A program made the translations under genes and the position numbers. This document shows, piece after piece, positions 25,860 through 34,927 of a stretch of 41,293 nt of DNA. How positions within the stretch are numbered: position 1 is the stretch's first letter; each line of letters begins with the position of its first letter. The notes under the pieces were generated by a model, which did no database searches, was not told the DNA's origin, and worked only from the letters and a program-made list of their open reading frames with translations. The stretch is from a virus (taxonomy: Duplodnaviria > Caudoviricetes), in IMG/VR virus record IMGVR_UViG_3300037510_000361, positions 1 through 41,293 of that record; one strand, 5' to 3'.

Positions 25860-26808
25860 CTTTCATTCTCCTTTCTAACCACTCATTACCTGCGACTTGC
25901 CAGTCCTGTGCCATACAGAGCACACTCGTGTCTCGCTGCATGAACTTTCTGTAGAACGGTTGCGCCACGTTCAGGAACCAGTTTGTTCGCCACCCACTTA
26001 TTTCCGGAGTTAGTATGAATTCTTCCGAGTCCCTCAAAAAGTCTTGTAGTTTCTCTCCCTCGCCCAGGAGTGGAAATGGTTTCAGCTTCGCCGTTGCATA
26101 ACGATCATCTCGGACCTTGCACTTGTCCATGATTTCCTGAAACCGAGGCATCTCAGGGTACACATGGAGGTTCGTTGTGAACACCCGATAAACTCCGGTA
26201 GGGACGCCAATGGCGCGAGAGATTAGTTCGTGCAGCATTGTCATGTGGACTGCATTGGCTCCGAACATCCCCCAGATCATGTCGTTTGAACGATTTACGA
26301 CAGTCATGTCCAAAGAACCAAGCACCATGCGGAACATGATCTGGGTGTTACAGGGGAGATCCTTGCTGGCTATTCCCAAGTCTAGAGTTGGACTCCACAT
26401 CGCCATGACTGCCCGGCGTTCGCTCTTATTTGACGTCAGCATAGCTACGATATGTTGTATCTGGTCACACCCGAACGCCTTGCGCCAGCGATGCCCATAA
26501 GCTGCATGGAAGATATGTCCATCATCGCTGTACTCGGCCATGCGCTTGTTGAATTGAGAAAGCCATGCAACCTGATTTGACCCTGCCATCATCCAAATAA
26601 ATTCCATCATATGGAAAAATGGGTTCGCATCCCTGTAGGGATCAAACAGAACTCGTTCTTCTGGATGTGTAATCTCCAGACAGAATGGATTCGTAATAGT
26701 CAAGACTGGACCATTCCGTGAACTCTCCTTCTTGGCCAGAATGGGAAGAACTTCCACCATTTCGGCGAAAGCCCTCGGTATATTTCGCTCAGTAATCCCG
26801 TGAATCAT
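25849..26808 (-). CDS. Thymidylate synthase homolog, probable dUMP hydroxymethylase
   Basis: SRNG, NPFF, YGHRW, catalytic PCN, RSND..WG..GAN (Asn = dUMP specificity), NLHVY. Confidence 0.85.
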   Translation of the reverse strand: MIHGITERNIPRAFAEMVEVLPILAKKESSRNGPVLTITNPFCLEITHPEERVLFDPYRDANPFFHMMEFIWMMAGSNQVAWLSQFNKRMAEYSDDGHIFHAAYGHRWRKAFGCDQIQHIVAMLTSNKSERRAVMAMWSPTLDLGIASKDLPCNTQIMFRMVLGSLDMTVVNRSNDMIWGMFGANAVHMTMLHELISRAIGVPTGVYRVFTTNLHVYPEMPRFQEIMDKCKVRDDRYATAKLKPFPLLGEGEKLQDFLRDSEEFILTPEISGWRTNWFLNVAQPFYRKFMQRDTSVLCMAQDWQVAGNEWLERRMKVEK

Positions 26809-27620
26809 CCGTTGTACCCTCTCTTGCTTCGACCAGTGCCAGTTCGTACTCTACAGTATTTGTCAAATTCGCACAAACAGTTCTGTAAATCCTGGTTGCA
26901 CATCTTCACAGGACAGTTCTTGTCTATGAAGTCACGAACTATCTGGAATCCTCCCTGGAACCCCGTAGTAGTCATCATATCAGGTCTGCCGTGGGTGAAC
27001 CACGAAAGTCCACGTATGCTCCCAGGTCCGGGGGCCACGAAAGTCCACCAATCCTCTGCTGTGTAGAGCGGATGCCACTCGGTGTTTTTCAGGTCTGCGA
27101 CTACCTGTGCAGCCAGGAACGATCCCAGCCCCTCGAGCCCCTGGAGCCGCTCATGCATAGCCCTGCATGTGGGTAGCGCCCCATATGAACGGAGCGCCTG
27201 TAGGCTTCGATACGCGCCCCCGAGCACGTTCTGGGCTAGGTACCGGGCTTTCGACATGGGTATGCCGTGAGTCGTAATCACATAGGCATTTCCCCATGTT
27301 CCAGGACGAGACATGATGTCTTCAATTCTGTCTGGGTTATGATCCAACAAATACCCGATCTCCTCAAGAGATGATGGTTTATTCACAAACCTGGAGAGAA
27401 CGATGTTGTACTCGAACATAGGATCATAGACAAACGGACTGTAGAACTTACGTATCCATTTCGTGACCTTGTCGTCCTCCCGGTGGACGTTGCAGAAATA
27501 GGTCGTTTTGAATACTGGATCATCGCTCCATGGTTTCGGCTCACCAGCCTCTTTCTTAACGCGGATCCTTTCGCGTTCTTCAATCCAGTACAATAGAGCA
27601 TCAGCGTACTGCTGGTTCAT
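26805..27620 (-). CDS. aGPT-Pplase1 / 5-hmdU DNA kinase helical-domain protein
   Basis: ERE.IR..KE.G..KPWSDDP......FCNVHREDD, GLGSFLA.QV..DL, GPGS.RGL, QN.LCEFDKY.R. Confidence 0.85.
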   Translation of the reverse strand: MNQQYADALLYWIEERERIRVKKEAGEPKPWSDDPVFKTTYFCNVHREDDKVTKWIRKFYSPFVYDPMFEYNIVLSRFVNKPSSLEEIGYLLDHNPDRIEDIMSRPGTWGNAYVITTHGIPMSKARYLAQNVLGGAYRSLQALRSYGALPTCRAMHERLQGLEGLGSFLAAQVVADLKNTEWHPLYTAEDWWTFVAPGPGSIRGLSWFTHGRPDMMTTTGFQGGFQIVRDFIDKNCPVKMCNQDLQNCLCEFDKYCRVRTGTGRSKRGYNG

Positions 27621-28849
27621 TCTGGCCACCTTCCTGTTTCAAGGTTAGGATATATTCCGGCGGGCTTCCCTGCTGCCAGATCGAGATATTGTAGACTTGT
27701 CCTTTTATAGTCAAAGTGCTCTTTAAGGATCTCACGCCCATTGGCGATGATTCGTTCGACTGTTGCAGATGATAGATCAAGACACCAATCAATCGCCGTA
27801 GCAACGTCTTCGTAGTCCGAGGAAGCTGGTATGCCGATGTGGGTCTCTCCGTGTTTGAAGAGTTGTCGCTGCATTCCTTCATCGAGCATGTTCTCCACTG
27901 TGCAGAGGGGGAGCATCCCAGTATTGTAGGCTTCTATGACACTACGGTTGAAGTGATTTCCCAAGGCGTAGAACTTCTTGGAGAACGACATGTCTACCAT
28001 GAGTTGAGTAGATATGTATCTGGAGAACAGCTCTGAATGAGTCATCAATCCGAAATAAGCGAATTTGTGAGTGTTCTTTCTGGCTGCTCCCCAAAGCCCT
28101 GGATATTTCACCTTGTTGGGGTCTGGAGAAGCCATGTAACGCCGTTCGATTCCGTCTCCAGCCATCCACAGGAAAGTATTCTCACAGATAAGCGGTGCCG
28201 CTCCGACCACCTTCTCCATGTGCTTCCATGCTTTCCACACATGAGCACAGCAGGCAGTTCTGTGTCTCCTACCCCACGGGATATCGTTCGTCCAATCCCT
28301 TACTTCGTGGGCGGCTCCGATGAAGGCCCTTGGGATAGGACACCACTCAAGAGCTTTATAACCTGCTGGATTCGTGCAGGTAATGGCGGTGATTCGGTCG
28401 GCGACTTCTCTAATATGTGGATACATGTCTCTAAAGTGTGCGTCGTGAGCCGCGATAATTTGGACTGGTCTGATGTCGTAGATATCTCTCCAGTCGTAGT
28501 TCGTCTCATCCACGAGTTTGGGCCCGGGGATTTCGTGGATAACAAGATCATATCCATTTGCAAAAGACTGCCATGCTCGGATACGTGCTGGGCTCCCATA
28601 GCCCATGACCGGAATTCCATACCACCCTGCGAGGGTATTAGCTTGACCCCCACTGACTGAAGTGTACGAACCAGTCGGTCCTTCTGGCTTTCTGATATAG
28701 ACATCTCTATCAGAATCCCGCAAAAGGACAAGATCAACGTGGTGTCCATGTTCTTTCAACCCCTTCATAAGAAATTCGACGTCACCTACAATTCCACCAT
28801 AGTCCTGGATTTCAAATAGAGTAAGGAGTATTTTCAAGTTTTTCTCCAC
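27617..28849 (-). CDS. GT-B fold glycosyltransferase (DNA-modification associated)
   Basis: N-terminal GGI......L.KGL...GHHVDLV, WK.WKH, F.R.VIEAY..G GT-B motifs; coupled to the kinase-like gene. Confidence 0.8.
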   Translation of the reverse strand: MEKNLKILLTLFEIQDYGGIVGDVEFLMKGLKEHGHHVDLVLLRDSDRDVYIRKPEGPTGSYTSVSGGQANTLAGWYGIPVMGYGSPARIRAWQSFANGYDLVIHEIPGPKLVDETNYDWRDIYDIRPVQIIAAHDAHFRDMYPHIREVADRITAITCTNPAGYKALEWCPIPRAFIGAAHEVRDWTNDIPWGRRHRTACCAHVWKAWKHMEKVVGAAPLICENTFLWMAGDGIERRYMASPDPNKVKYPGLWGAARKNTHKFAYFGLMTHSELFSRYISTQLMVDMSFSKKFYALGNHFNRSVIEAYNTGMLPLCTVENMLDEGMQRQLFKHGETHIGIPASSDYEDVATAIDWCLDLSSATVERIIANGREILKEHFDYKRTSLQYLDLAAGKPAGIYPNLETGRWPE

Positions 28850-28853
28850 AAAT

Positions 28854-28884
28854 GAAAAGAGCCGAGCATCTCTGCTCGGCTCTT
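28854..28884 (-). terminator. Rho-independent terminator
   Basis: 12-bp perfect stem AAGAGCCGAGCA/TGCTCGGCTCTT with a T-run on the minus strand. Confidence 0.85.
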
Positions 28885-28904
28885 ATTACGCAACGCGGGA
28901 ACGT

Positions 28905-29306
28905 TCAGGCAGCAGCGGCTGCCTCGGCCGGGGCTCCACCCTCCAGCTTCACGCTGCCATCCAGAACGTAGAAGCGCAGCCAGCCCGAGGGGGTCTGGAC
29001 CGTGCCCTTTCCGTTCGTGCGTCCCTTCATGGCCTCGTTGAATTCGCTGACCTTCTTGCCGTCGAACTCCTTGACCTTCGCAAACCAGTCTGCGCGCTGG
29101 CCACGATACTTCACTTCCTTGTCCGGCACGATGCGAATCGTTGCGTTCACCGAGTAGCCATAGTTCCCACGCGGCTTGGCTTCCTTCTTCTCCTTCGGAG
29201 CCTTGGGTTCCTTCGCAGCCTTGGGCTCCTTGGGAGCTTTCGCTGCGGCGGCAGCCTTCGTCGGAGGAGTCAGATCGGGTGCAGTCTTCGGAGCGGGATC
29301 GCTCAT
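28905..29306 (-). CDS. Basic histone-H1-like tailed protein; paralog of 44-358
   Basis: AGGAG SD; KAPKEPKAAKEPKAPKEK tail; shared C-terminal domain. Confidence 0.85.
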   Translation of the reverse strand: MSDPAPKTAPDLTPPTKAAAAAKAPKEPKAAKEPKAPKEKKEAKPRGNYGYSVNATIRIVPDKEVKYRGQRADWFAKVKEFDGKKVSEFNEAMKGRTNGKGTVQTPSGWLRFYVLDGSVKLEGGAPAEAAAAA

Positions 29307-29354
29307 AATAATCTCCTGAATTGTTGGACCTGTCAAAACACTTGACAGATATGA

Positions 29355-29383
29355 ATGCTAACACAGTCCTTTCCTTCTAGCAA
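29355..29383 (-). promoter_or_regulatory. Putative sigma70-like promoter
   Basis: TTGCTA-N17-TAGCAT with TG extension. Confidence 0.6.
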
Positions 29384-29401
29384 GCACTATTTCTTCCAGA
29401 T

Positions 29402-29647
29402 TTAGTGCAGAAACTTCTCTCGCATCGGGTGAATTATACCAGTCTGGGGAGACTTGAACCCGACATTCAAAGTATCCCCCACTCGGGCGACGAATTCGTC
29501 TGGATTCATCAAAATCTCAACAGTTTCGTCGCCACGAATTCCCTCAAACAGCATACGCATGAAGTCTTGCCCCATGTCTGTGTATGCCTTACAGACGACA
29601 TCATCGTCTTCGTCGAACCAAACGATTATGTCCCACTTATTCTCCAA
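29402..29647 (-). CDS. Hypothetical protein
   Basis: GGGAG SD, TTG start overlapping the helicase end. Confidence 0.65.
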   Translation of the reverse strand: MENKWDIIVWFDEDDDVVCKAYTDMGQDFMRMLFEGIRGDETVEILMNPDEFVARVGDTLNVGFKSPQTGIIHPMREKFLH

Positions 29648-31043
29648 AATTGATCTCCCTATGCTCGTGGAGCATAGTTAACAGACCTTGTTGCCCCCGG
29701 TCCTTAGACACCAGTGTCTTCAGTACCTTCTCGTCGTACGTGTCTTTCGCTATAATGTGGTAGACGAATACACGCTCACTCTTTTGCCCCTGACGGTAAA
29801 CTCTAGCAATGGCTTGATCGTAGTACTCAAGATTCCATGTAATCCCAAACCATATGACATGGTGGCAGGAACCTTGCAAATTGAGGCCGTGTCCCATGGA
29901 TGCTGGATGCCCAAGAAGGATAGGAATTTCTCCGGCATTGAAACGATTGATAAGTGCATCCAGCTTCGCCCCCGAAATGCCAGAACCAAGGACCGGCACT
30001 TTTCCGAATTTGGACAGGATACGCTCACGGTCGTGATCAAATTCGTATAGGACAAGACAGGGAGCTCCACCCAACTCCTCAAGTATATCCTCCAAAGCTT
30101 CCAGCTTCTCGTCATGCACAACCGCATAGTCACGCTCTGCACCGTCCATCTCGGCATATACTGCTCCGTTGGCGATTTGCCGGCACTTAATTCCAGCCAC
30201 GGCGGCGTTAGCTGCGACAAGATTTCCCCCTTCGAGTTCAGCTATGAACTCATTTTCTACCTCTCGGTACAGATCTATCGCCACTTTCGGGAGAGTAACA
30301 TTGATCTCTCTGTTTACGATCTCCGGCATCTTCAAATAATCTTCCGCTGAGAGTTGAAGTATCAAAGGTGAAATTCGCTCTACGACTTCCTCGAAGGCTC
30401 CTTTCCTCGGTCTCCAGTCGTACACTGAAAATCCCACTCTCTCGAAGAAGTTCGATCTGAAGTGAGTAATGTATCTCCCTAGTGCCCTCCCCAGATCTAA
30501 TATGTAAATCTGCCCGAACAGGTCCTCGAGCCCATTCGGCACCGGAGTTCCTGTAAGGATCCATCTCCTTTTGAATGACTGCAAAAACGGTTTTAGCGAT
30601 TTGAAGCGTTGTGTCGTCGAGTTCTTGAACTTTGTGCTCTCGTCTATGCACAGGATGTCGAACTGCGGTCTTTCGCTTCTTCCGAATAGCCATGTGATCC
30701 CCTCAGGATTTATCAGGTATATGTCCGCTTCCGCTGTCAGGTTGTATTCCTTCACTTCCGCGTGTAATATCGAGTAGGTCATATCCTGGAATTCGAACCA
30801 CTTCTTTATCTCGTCCGGCCATACCTTGTACATCGGGCGAAGCGGAGCTACTATCAGTATCTTGCTCACCAGCCCCTGCGACTTCAGTATCTTGAACGTC
30901 GCCAGAACTGTGCTGGTCTTGCCCAGACCGGGGTCCAGAAACAGTCCTCCGGAAGCTTGTGACAACAGCATCTTGATCGCCCGTTCCTGGTACGGATGCG
31001 GGTTCCAGTGCGGCTTGGAGATAGCGAATTGATTCGATGACAT
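29637..31043 (-). CDS. SNF2-family (DEAD-like) helicase
   Basis: PGLGKT, DEST, LTGTP, HGLNLQ and QAIARVYRQGQ motifs. Confidence 0.95.
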   Translation of the reverse strand: MSSNQFAISKPHWNPHPYQERAIKMLLSQASGGLFLDPGLGKTSTVLATFKILKSQGLVSKILIVAPLRPMYKVWPDEIKKWFEFQDMTYSILHAEVKEYNLTAEADIYLINPEGITWLFGRSERPQFDILCIDESTKFKNSTTQRFKSLKPFLQSFKRRWILTGTPVPNGLEDLFGQIYILDLGRALGRYITHFRSNFFERVGFSVYDWRPRKGAFEEVVERISPLILQLSAEDYLKMPEIVNREINVTLPKVAIDLYREVENEFIAELEGGNLVAANAAVAGIKCRQIANGAVYAEMDGAERDYAVVHDEKLEALEDILEELGGAPCLVLYEFDHDRERILSKFGKVPVLGSGISGAKLDALINRFNAGEIPILLGHPASMGHGLNLQGSCHHVIWFGITWNLEYYDQAIARVYRQGQKSERVFVYHIIAKDTYDEKVLKTLVSKDRGQQGLLTMLHEHREINFGE

Positions 31044-31275
31044 TGTCACTCCAGAATGCTGGTACACCTCGGGCCTTAAGCTGAGCTATCCTATAGAGTT
31101 GCAGCTTGGTCGGTAACTCTCCCGGACGTTTGAATTCTATGAAGATCGTGTGCCCTTTGGGGGAGATGAACAGTCTGTCTGGGTAACCGTCTTCAACGAA
31201 CCTTACCTTCGGGGCTAGGAACCCGTGAGTTATCGCCCATCGCACTACTTTGTTCTCTATTTCTTTCTCTAACAC
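30703..31275 (-). CDS. VRR-NUC domain nuclease
   Basis: EKEIE, GYPDRL, FIEFKRPG...LQ; GGAGG SD; the reading frame runs on into the helicase. Confidence 0.85.
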   Translation of the reverse strand: MLEKEIENKVVRWAITHGFLAPKVRFVEDGYPDRLFISPKGHTIFIEFKRPGELPTKLQLYRIAQLKARGVPAFWSDNVIESIRYLQAALEPASVPGTGDQDAVVTSFRRTVSGPRSGQDQHSSGDVQDTEVAGAGEQDTDSSSASPDVQGMAGRDKEVVRIPGYDLLDITRGSEGIQPDSGSGHIPDKS

Positions 31276-31405
31276 AGAAAACCTCCAATCCGCTAATCGT
31301 TTCTCCACAGAAACGACAGATGTAAGCATCGGAACACAGTGACTTAAAGTCTAACGGACCCTTACCACAGCGAGGACATGACTCTTTGCAGTCTAAAATC
31401 GACAT
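31193..31405 (-). CDS. Small zinc-ribbon protein
   Basis: CPRC...CRFC; overlaps both neighbours. Confidence 0.45.
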   Translation of the reverse strand: MSILDCKESCPRCGKGPLDFKSLCSDAYICRFCGETISGLEVFCVRERNREQSSAMGDNSRVPSPEGKVR

Positions 31406-32031
31406 GGTCCGCCTACCTCCTTCCTATATGGGCAGAAACGACACCCATAGGTCGGGTTGGGAATGAACCCCTTGTCGTTCTCCATTACATCTACTCTATG
31501 TTGCCACTTCTGGCGTCCAGCTTCAACCCATTCCCTGCGGTACGTCTTCTTCGTATTCTTCCTCAGATCCACGTACATATGGATTGCGTCAATCTCAATT
31601 ACGTCTGGATGCTCGGCAAATTCGATCATCGCATAGAGATGCTTCTGATCATCGTGGTCTGGGTAAATCTTGCCAGTCTTCCAGTCGTAAATGGTTAGTT
31701 TCGGCGGTTGTGGGACCTTATAGTCCAGCACAGCCTTGAGCCACACATCCTCGGCATCCCAGGCCACGACTTGCCATTTAGAATCAAGTGCAACCTTGTG
31801 CTCAGCGACCCCGTGGCCGCGCAAGCCGCTGAGAAATGACTCATAAAAGCTCATCGTCTGTGGCAGCGGAGCCCCTATGTTGATGAAGTCCTCAATCGCC
31901 TTGTGGTGAGTAATCCCCCTCGACGCCGCGACGCTCTTCTCCCCTTTCTCCGGAATCCTTTCTATATACCGGAACTTGTACTTCAGGGGACACTGCTCGT
32001 AGGTCCCCAACCGAGATAGGCTCCACGTCAT
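31393..32031 (-). CDS. PD-(D/E)XK (RecB/Cas4-like) exonuclease
   Basis: S.SRL..YEQCP, G...H, E...D...DWKTGK, C.FCPY...C Fe-S cysteines. Confidence 0.9.
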   Translation of the reverse strand: MTWSLSRLGTYEQCPLKYKFRYIERIPEKGEKSVAASRGITHHKAIEDFINIGAPLPQTMSFYESFLSGLRGHGVAEHKVALDSKWQVVAWDAEDVWLKAVLDYKVPQPPKLTIYDWKTGKIYPDHDDQKHLYAMIEFAEHPDVIEIDAIHMYVDLRKNTKKTYRREWVEAGRQKWQHRVDVMENDKGFIPNPTYGCRFCPYRKEVGGPCRF

Positions 32032-32200
32032 TTGATTTAATCTCCACTTTCACCCAGTGTCCACTCTCATCATCCTGTCTTTGCAGAATCGCTGGAAGCG
32101 TGATAATTACACGAGGATCGTTTGTTTGTACTGCAACCATCAGATAGACTTCATTTGGTTCGGTCTCCCACGGTTCCAATTTAAGAATTCGTAGTTTCAT
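31892..32200 (-). CDS. Hypothetical protein
   Basis: ATGA coupling with polymerase stop; the 3' part overlaps the nuclease. Confidence 0.5.
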   Translation of the reverse strand: MKLRILKLEPWETEPNEVYLMVAVQTNDPRVIITLPAILQRQDDESGHWVKVEIKSNDVEPISVGDLRAVSPEVQVPVYRKDSGERGEERRGVEGDYSPQGD

Positions 32201-34065
32201 GCACAACTCTCCAAATCTGCCCAATTGGGTCCAATGAATCCCTCCGACAAGACTGGTACGTCAAATCGGTCCTTATTCATGCATTCGCGCAGAATGCGCA
32301 TACACTCCACTGCCCTATCCTTCGGCGCACTGATATTCACTTCATCGTGAACCGTAGCCATGAATACCTCGGGGCCGAGCCTTGCATCCCACCAATCGTT
32401 GATGCTCTCCTTAGTCTGGTCGGCTGCACTGCCTTGGATGAGATAATTCAGCAGCTTGTACGCAAAGTCCATCCACCGGCCATTCACCGTCTTGGAAGGC
32501 TCTACGTAGTAAATCCTTCCACCCCATGTCCTTATTGGCTGACCTGCTTTCCCACGGGCCTGTACATCGTCCATGAGATCCTTAACGCCAGGAAGAGCAG
32601 CAAGATATGAAGCTCGTATTTGATACGCTTCGTGATAGGGGCGTCCCAATTGACCGGAAAGACCAGTGACACCACTTCCGTAGATAAGTGAAAAACCGGT
32701 GATCTTAATATCCTTACGCGCATACAGGATCCCTATGATACTTTGTATCAGTTCCCTTGCCATCTGGTGAACGTCAAGGTTCGGATTCAGTCTGTACGCA
32801 GTACAGAGTTGTCCGTCTTCGAAGTGAGCCAAGATTCGTAACTCTTGCGAAGAAAAGTCTCGCTTGAGCCAGACGTGTCCTTCTTCAGGAAGGATATATC
32901 GTCTGAGTTGAGGGAGAGGATGAAGTCCCTCAGGAACTGAAAGGGAATCCCCTGTTGGGGTGATGAATTCGGTGGGGACGTTTTGAAAATTTGGAGAATC
33001 CGACGATAGTCTTCCGGTCTTAGTTCCTTTGTTTTTCTTGCCACGGTCCATCTCCCTTGCTTGTTTGACTTGGTTCCAGTTGGGGTGCAGTCTGCCGTCC
33101 GACCTTGAAAGGTCTAGCCATGGGTTCATGAAGACGTTTAGACAGGTGCTCAGTGCTCCTCGGTAATCGATCAGTGTTTTGACCTCAGGTATACAGATCT
33201 TAAGATTATCCCTAGCAAGCGATCGTTTTCTAGCTTTTTCAGTAAGTACCCATTCAGTAACCGCACCAGATGACTCAAGAGCATCAGCAAAAGACTCATC
33301 GTGATCAAGATCAGAAATGGCACAGCCAAGGCGCTGAGCAAGGCGTTCGGTAGCAATTTCCAAACAGCTCGTATATACGTTCGTATGATGTTGAAGCGTG
33401 TCTCTGTCAAGTCGGATGCCATGCTTCGTACCTCGCATCATTATAGGGAAGAGTTTGCGATCACGGTCGTAAGCAGCCTCCATGCCTTGCTCTACTATCT
33501 TTGGGTACAGAAGGTCAAATAACCTCCTAGTACGTACAACGTCGCCGATAGCGTAACGACCGACGAGATCCCCTGGAGCACGAGCAATGTAAGCCCCGAA
33601 GGTTGTGGGAGTCGCTTCTGGCACATTCGCCAGAATCCAATTCTTGAGCTCGTCCTGTTCTTGAGGAGCCATACCAAGATACCTATCTGCAGAAGGCTTG
33701 AGAGATAGAGTATTGGCATAAGGATCGTTAAGAAAGAGGAGGTACATCGTATCATGGAACCGTCTCCAGCAGTCCGATAAATCCCATCTGAACATGGCGT
33801 TGCAGAAGTAGTACTCCCAAACGCTCAAGTCAAACCCGTCGTTGTGAAAGAGAAGCTCGCAACCACTATCTTTGAGCTTCTTAAGATACTTGTGGGCTAC
33901 ATCCCACGTGCAATTGTTTTCTGTTGGATGCCCCCATGCCATGTACTCAGGTTCTTGTCCGGGTACCCAGACTGCTAGACCTACTGGCTTTGGAGGGTTA
34001 AGAAGAGGATTACCTACGATCGCTTCAGTTTCAAAGTCGCAGGTAACAATGACTCTAGAATCCAT
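32197..34065 (-). CDS. polA: Family A DNA polymerase (3'-5' exonuclease plus polymerase)
   Basis: DFET exo I, TGRLSS..PNFQN, DFSSQELR motif A, K...F...YG motif B (Phe762-type), VHDE motif C. Confidence 0.95.
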   Translation of the reverse strand: MDSRVIVTCDFETEAIVGNPLLNPPKPVGLAVWVPGQEPEYMAWGHPTENNCTWDVAHKYLKKLKDSGCELLFHNDGFDLSVWEYYFCNAMFRWDLSDCWRRFHDTMYLLFLNDPYANTLSLKPSADRYLGMAPQEQDELKNWILANVPEATPTTFGAYIARAPGDLVGRYAIGDVVRTRRLFDLLYPKIVEQGMEAAYDRDRKLFPIMMRGTKHGIRLDRDTLQHHTNVYTSCLEIATERLAQRLGCAISDLDHDESFADALESSGAVTEWVLTEKARKRSLARDNLKICIPEVKTLIDYRGALSTCLNVFMNPWLDLSRSDGRLHPNWNQVKQAREMDRGKKNKGTKTGRLSSDSPNFQNVPTEFITPTGDSLSVPEGLHPLPQLRRYILPEEGHVWLKRDFSSQELRILAHFEDGQLCTAYRLNPNLDVHQMARELIQSIIGILYARKDIKITGFSLIYGSGVTGLSGQLGRPYHEAYQIRASYLAALPGVKDLMDDVQARGKAGQPIRTWGGRIYYVEPSKTVNGRWMDFAYKLLNYLIQGSAADQTKESINDWWDARLGPEVFMATVHDEVNISAPKDRAVECMRILRECMNKDRFDVPVLSEGFIGPNWADLESCA

Positions 34066-34082
34066 CGACACCTTCCTTGTGG

Positions 34083-34107
34083 AAAAGGGGCCTCGGTTAG
34101 GAGGCCC
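34083..34107 (-). terminator. Rho-independent terminator
   Basis: GGGCCTC/GAGGCCC stem with TTTT on the minus strand. Confidence 0.7.
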
Positions 34108-34184
34108 TATTTCCAAACTGTACGCACTACATGATGCCCGATCACTTCACTCAGAGCTGAAGTGATAAACACTCTTTCTTATAG

Positions 34185-34916
34185 TCAGTACTTCCGACCC
34201 GCCTTCGGCTCAGCCGCTGGCTTGTCCGACTGCTGATTCTCTTCGTACGGAGTCATCAGCACAGTTCTTGCAGATTCGATTCGAGAGTCAATCGCGCCCA
34301 GAGCCTCGTTTTCAACGATGCCCTTGCAGGAGAACTTTACCTGAAACTGAGTTTTCATATCAGGCTCAGTTCTTACCTCAGTGATAACAGCCCATGGCGG
34401 ACGCTGATACTGGCTGGCGATACTGTTGACGTAGTTCGCCCAGTTCTTACCACTGGTGACAGGAAGAGTGATCATGGCCATCTCGGCCTTAGCGATCTCA
34501 TCCACCTTCTCCAATGCGTTCGCTGGGATTACGGCCAGTCGTCGGGCAGCCTTGCAAGCCTTCCCACGACCACCCTTGGGGTCCGACCCCCACTCGTTCA
34601 TTGGGCATCCAGAGCAGGTCTCACTCTGTTTATCTGGTGAATCGTCGTGCGGCACCATGTCATCTCCAGTGAGAGACAGGGCAAAGCAGACAGGATTCTC
34701 CGGCTTGTTCGGATCAAAGGGTTTGTCGTAGTACCTGTTCTGAAAGGAGGCCACCAGAACTACTACATCCAGCTTGTTTTGCTGAATAGGCTGCCCCATG
34801 TACGAGATGATGCCACCGCGAACACTGATGATGGAAAGACTCGGGCGTTCTAAAGCGGCGACTTCCTTCGCGGAGGAAGCAAGTCGTTCCTCCCAGTTAA
34901 CAATCTCAGTACCCAT
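34185..34916 (-). CDS. Conserved phage replication protein (possible SSB/annealing protein)
   Basis: YY...F.P....P.CF, C..CP...WGS...G.GKAC motifs; directly upstream of the polymerase. Confidence 0.7.
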   Translation of the reverse strand: MGTEIVNWEERLASSAKEVAALERPSLSIISVRGGIISYMGQPIQQNKLDVVVLVASFQNRYYDKPFDPNKPENPVCFALSLTGDDMVPHDDSPDKQSETCSGCPMNEWGSDPKGGRGKACKAARRLAVIPANALEKVDEIAKAEMAMITLPVTSGKNWANYVNSIASQYQRPPWAVITEVRTEPDMKTQFQVKFSCKGIVENEALGAIDSRIESARTVLMTPYEENQQSDKPAAEPKAGRKY

Positions 34917-34927
34917 TACGAATTACC

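Noticed and set aside
25849-26808. Ordinary thyA or dCMP hydroxymethylase
   Set aside because: Diverged from the canonical ThyA pattern, has Asn rather than Asp at the specificity position, and is coupled to an hmdU-kinase-like gene; dUMP hydroxymethylase fits better, though untested.
31393-32031. Cas4 / CRISPR system
   Set aside because: A stand-alone phage PD-(D/E)XK exonuclease; no array or other cas genes.
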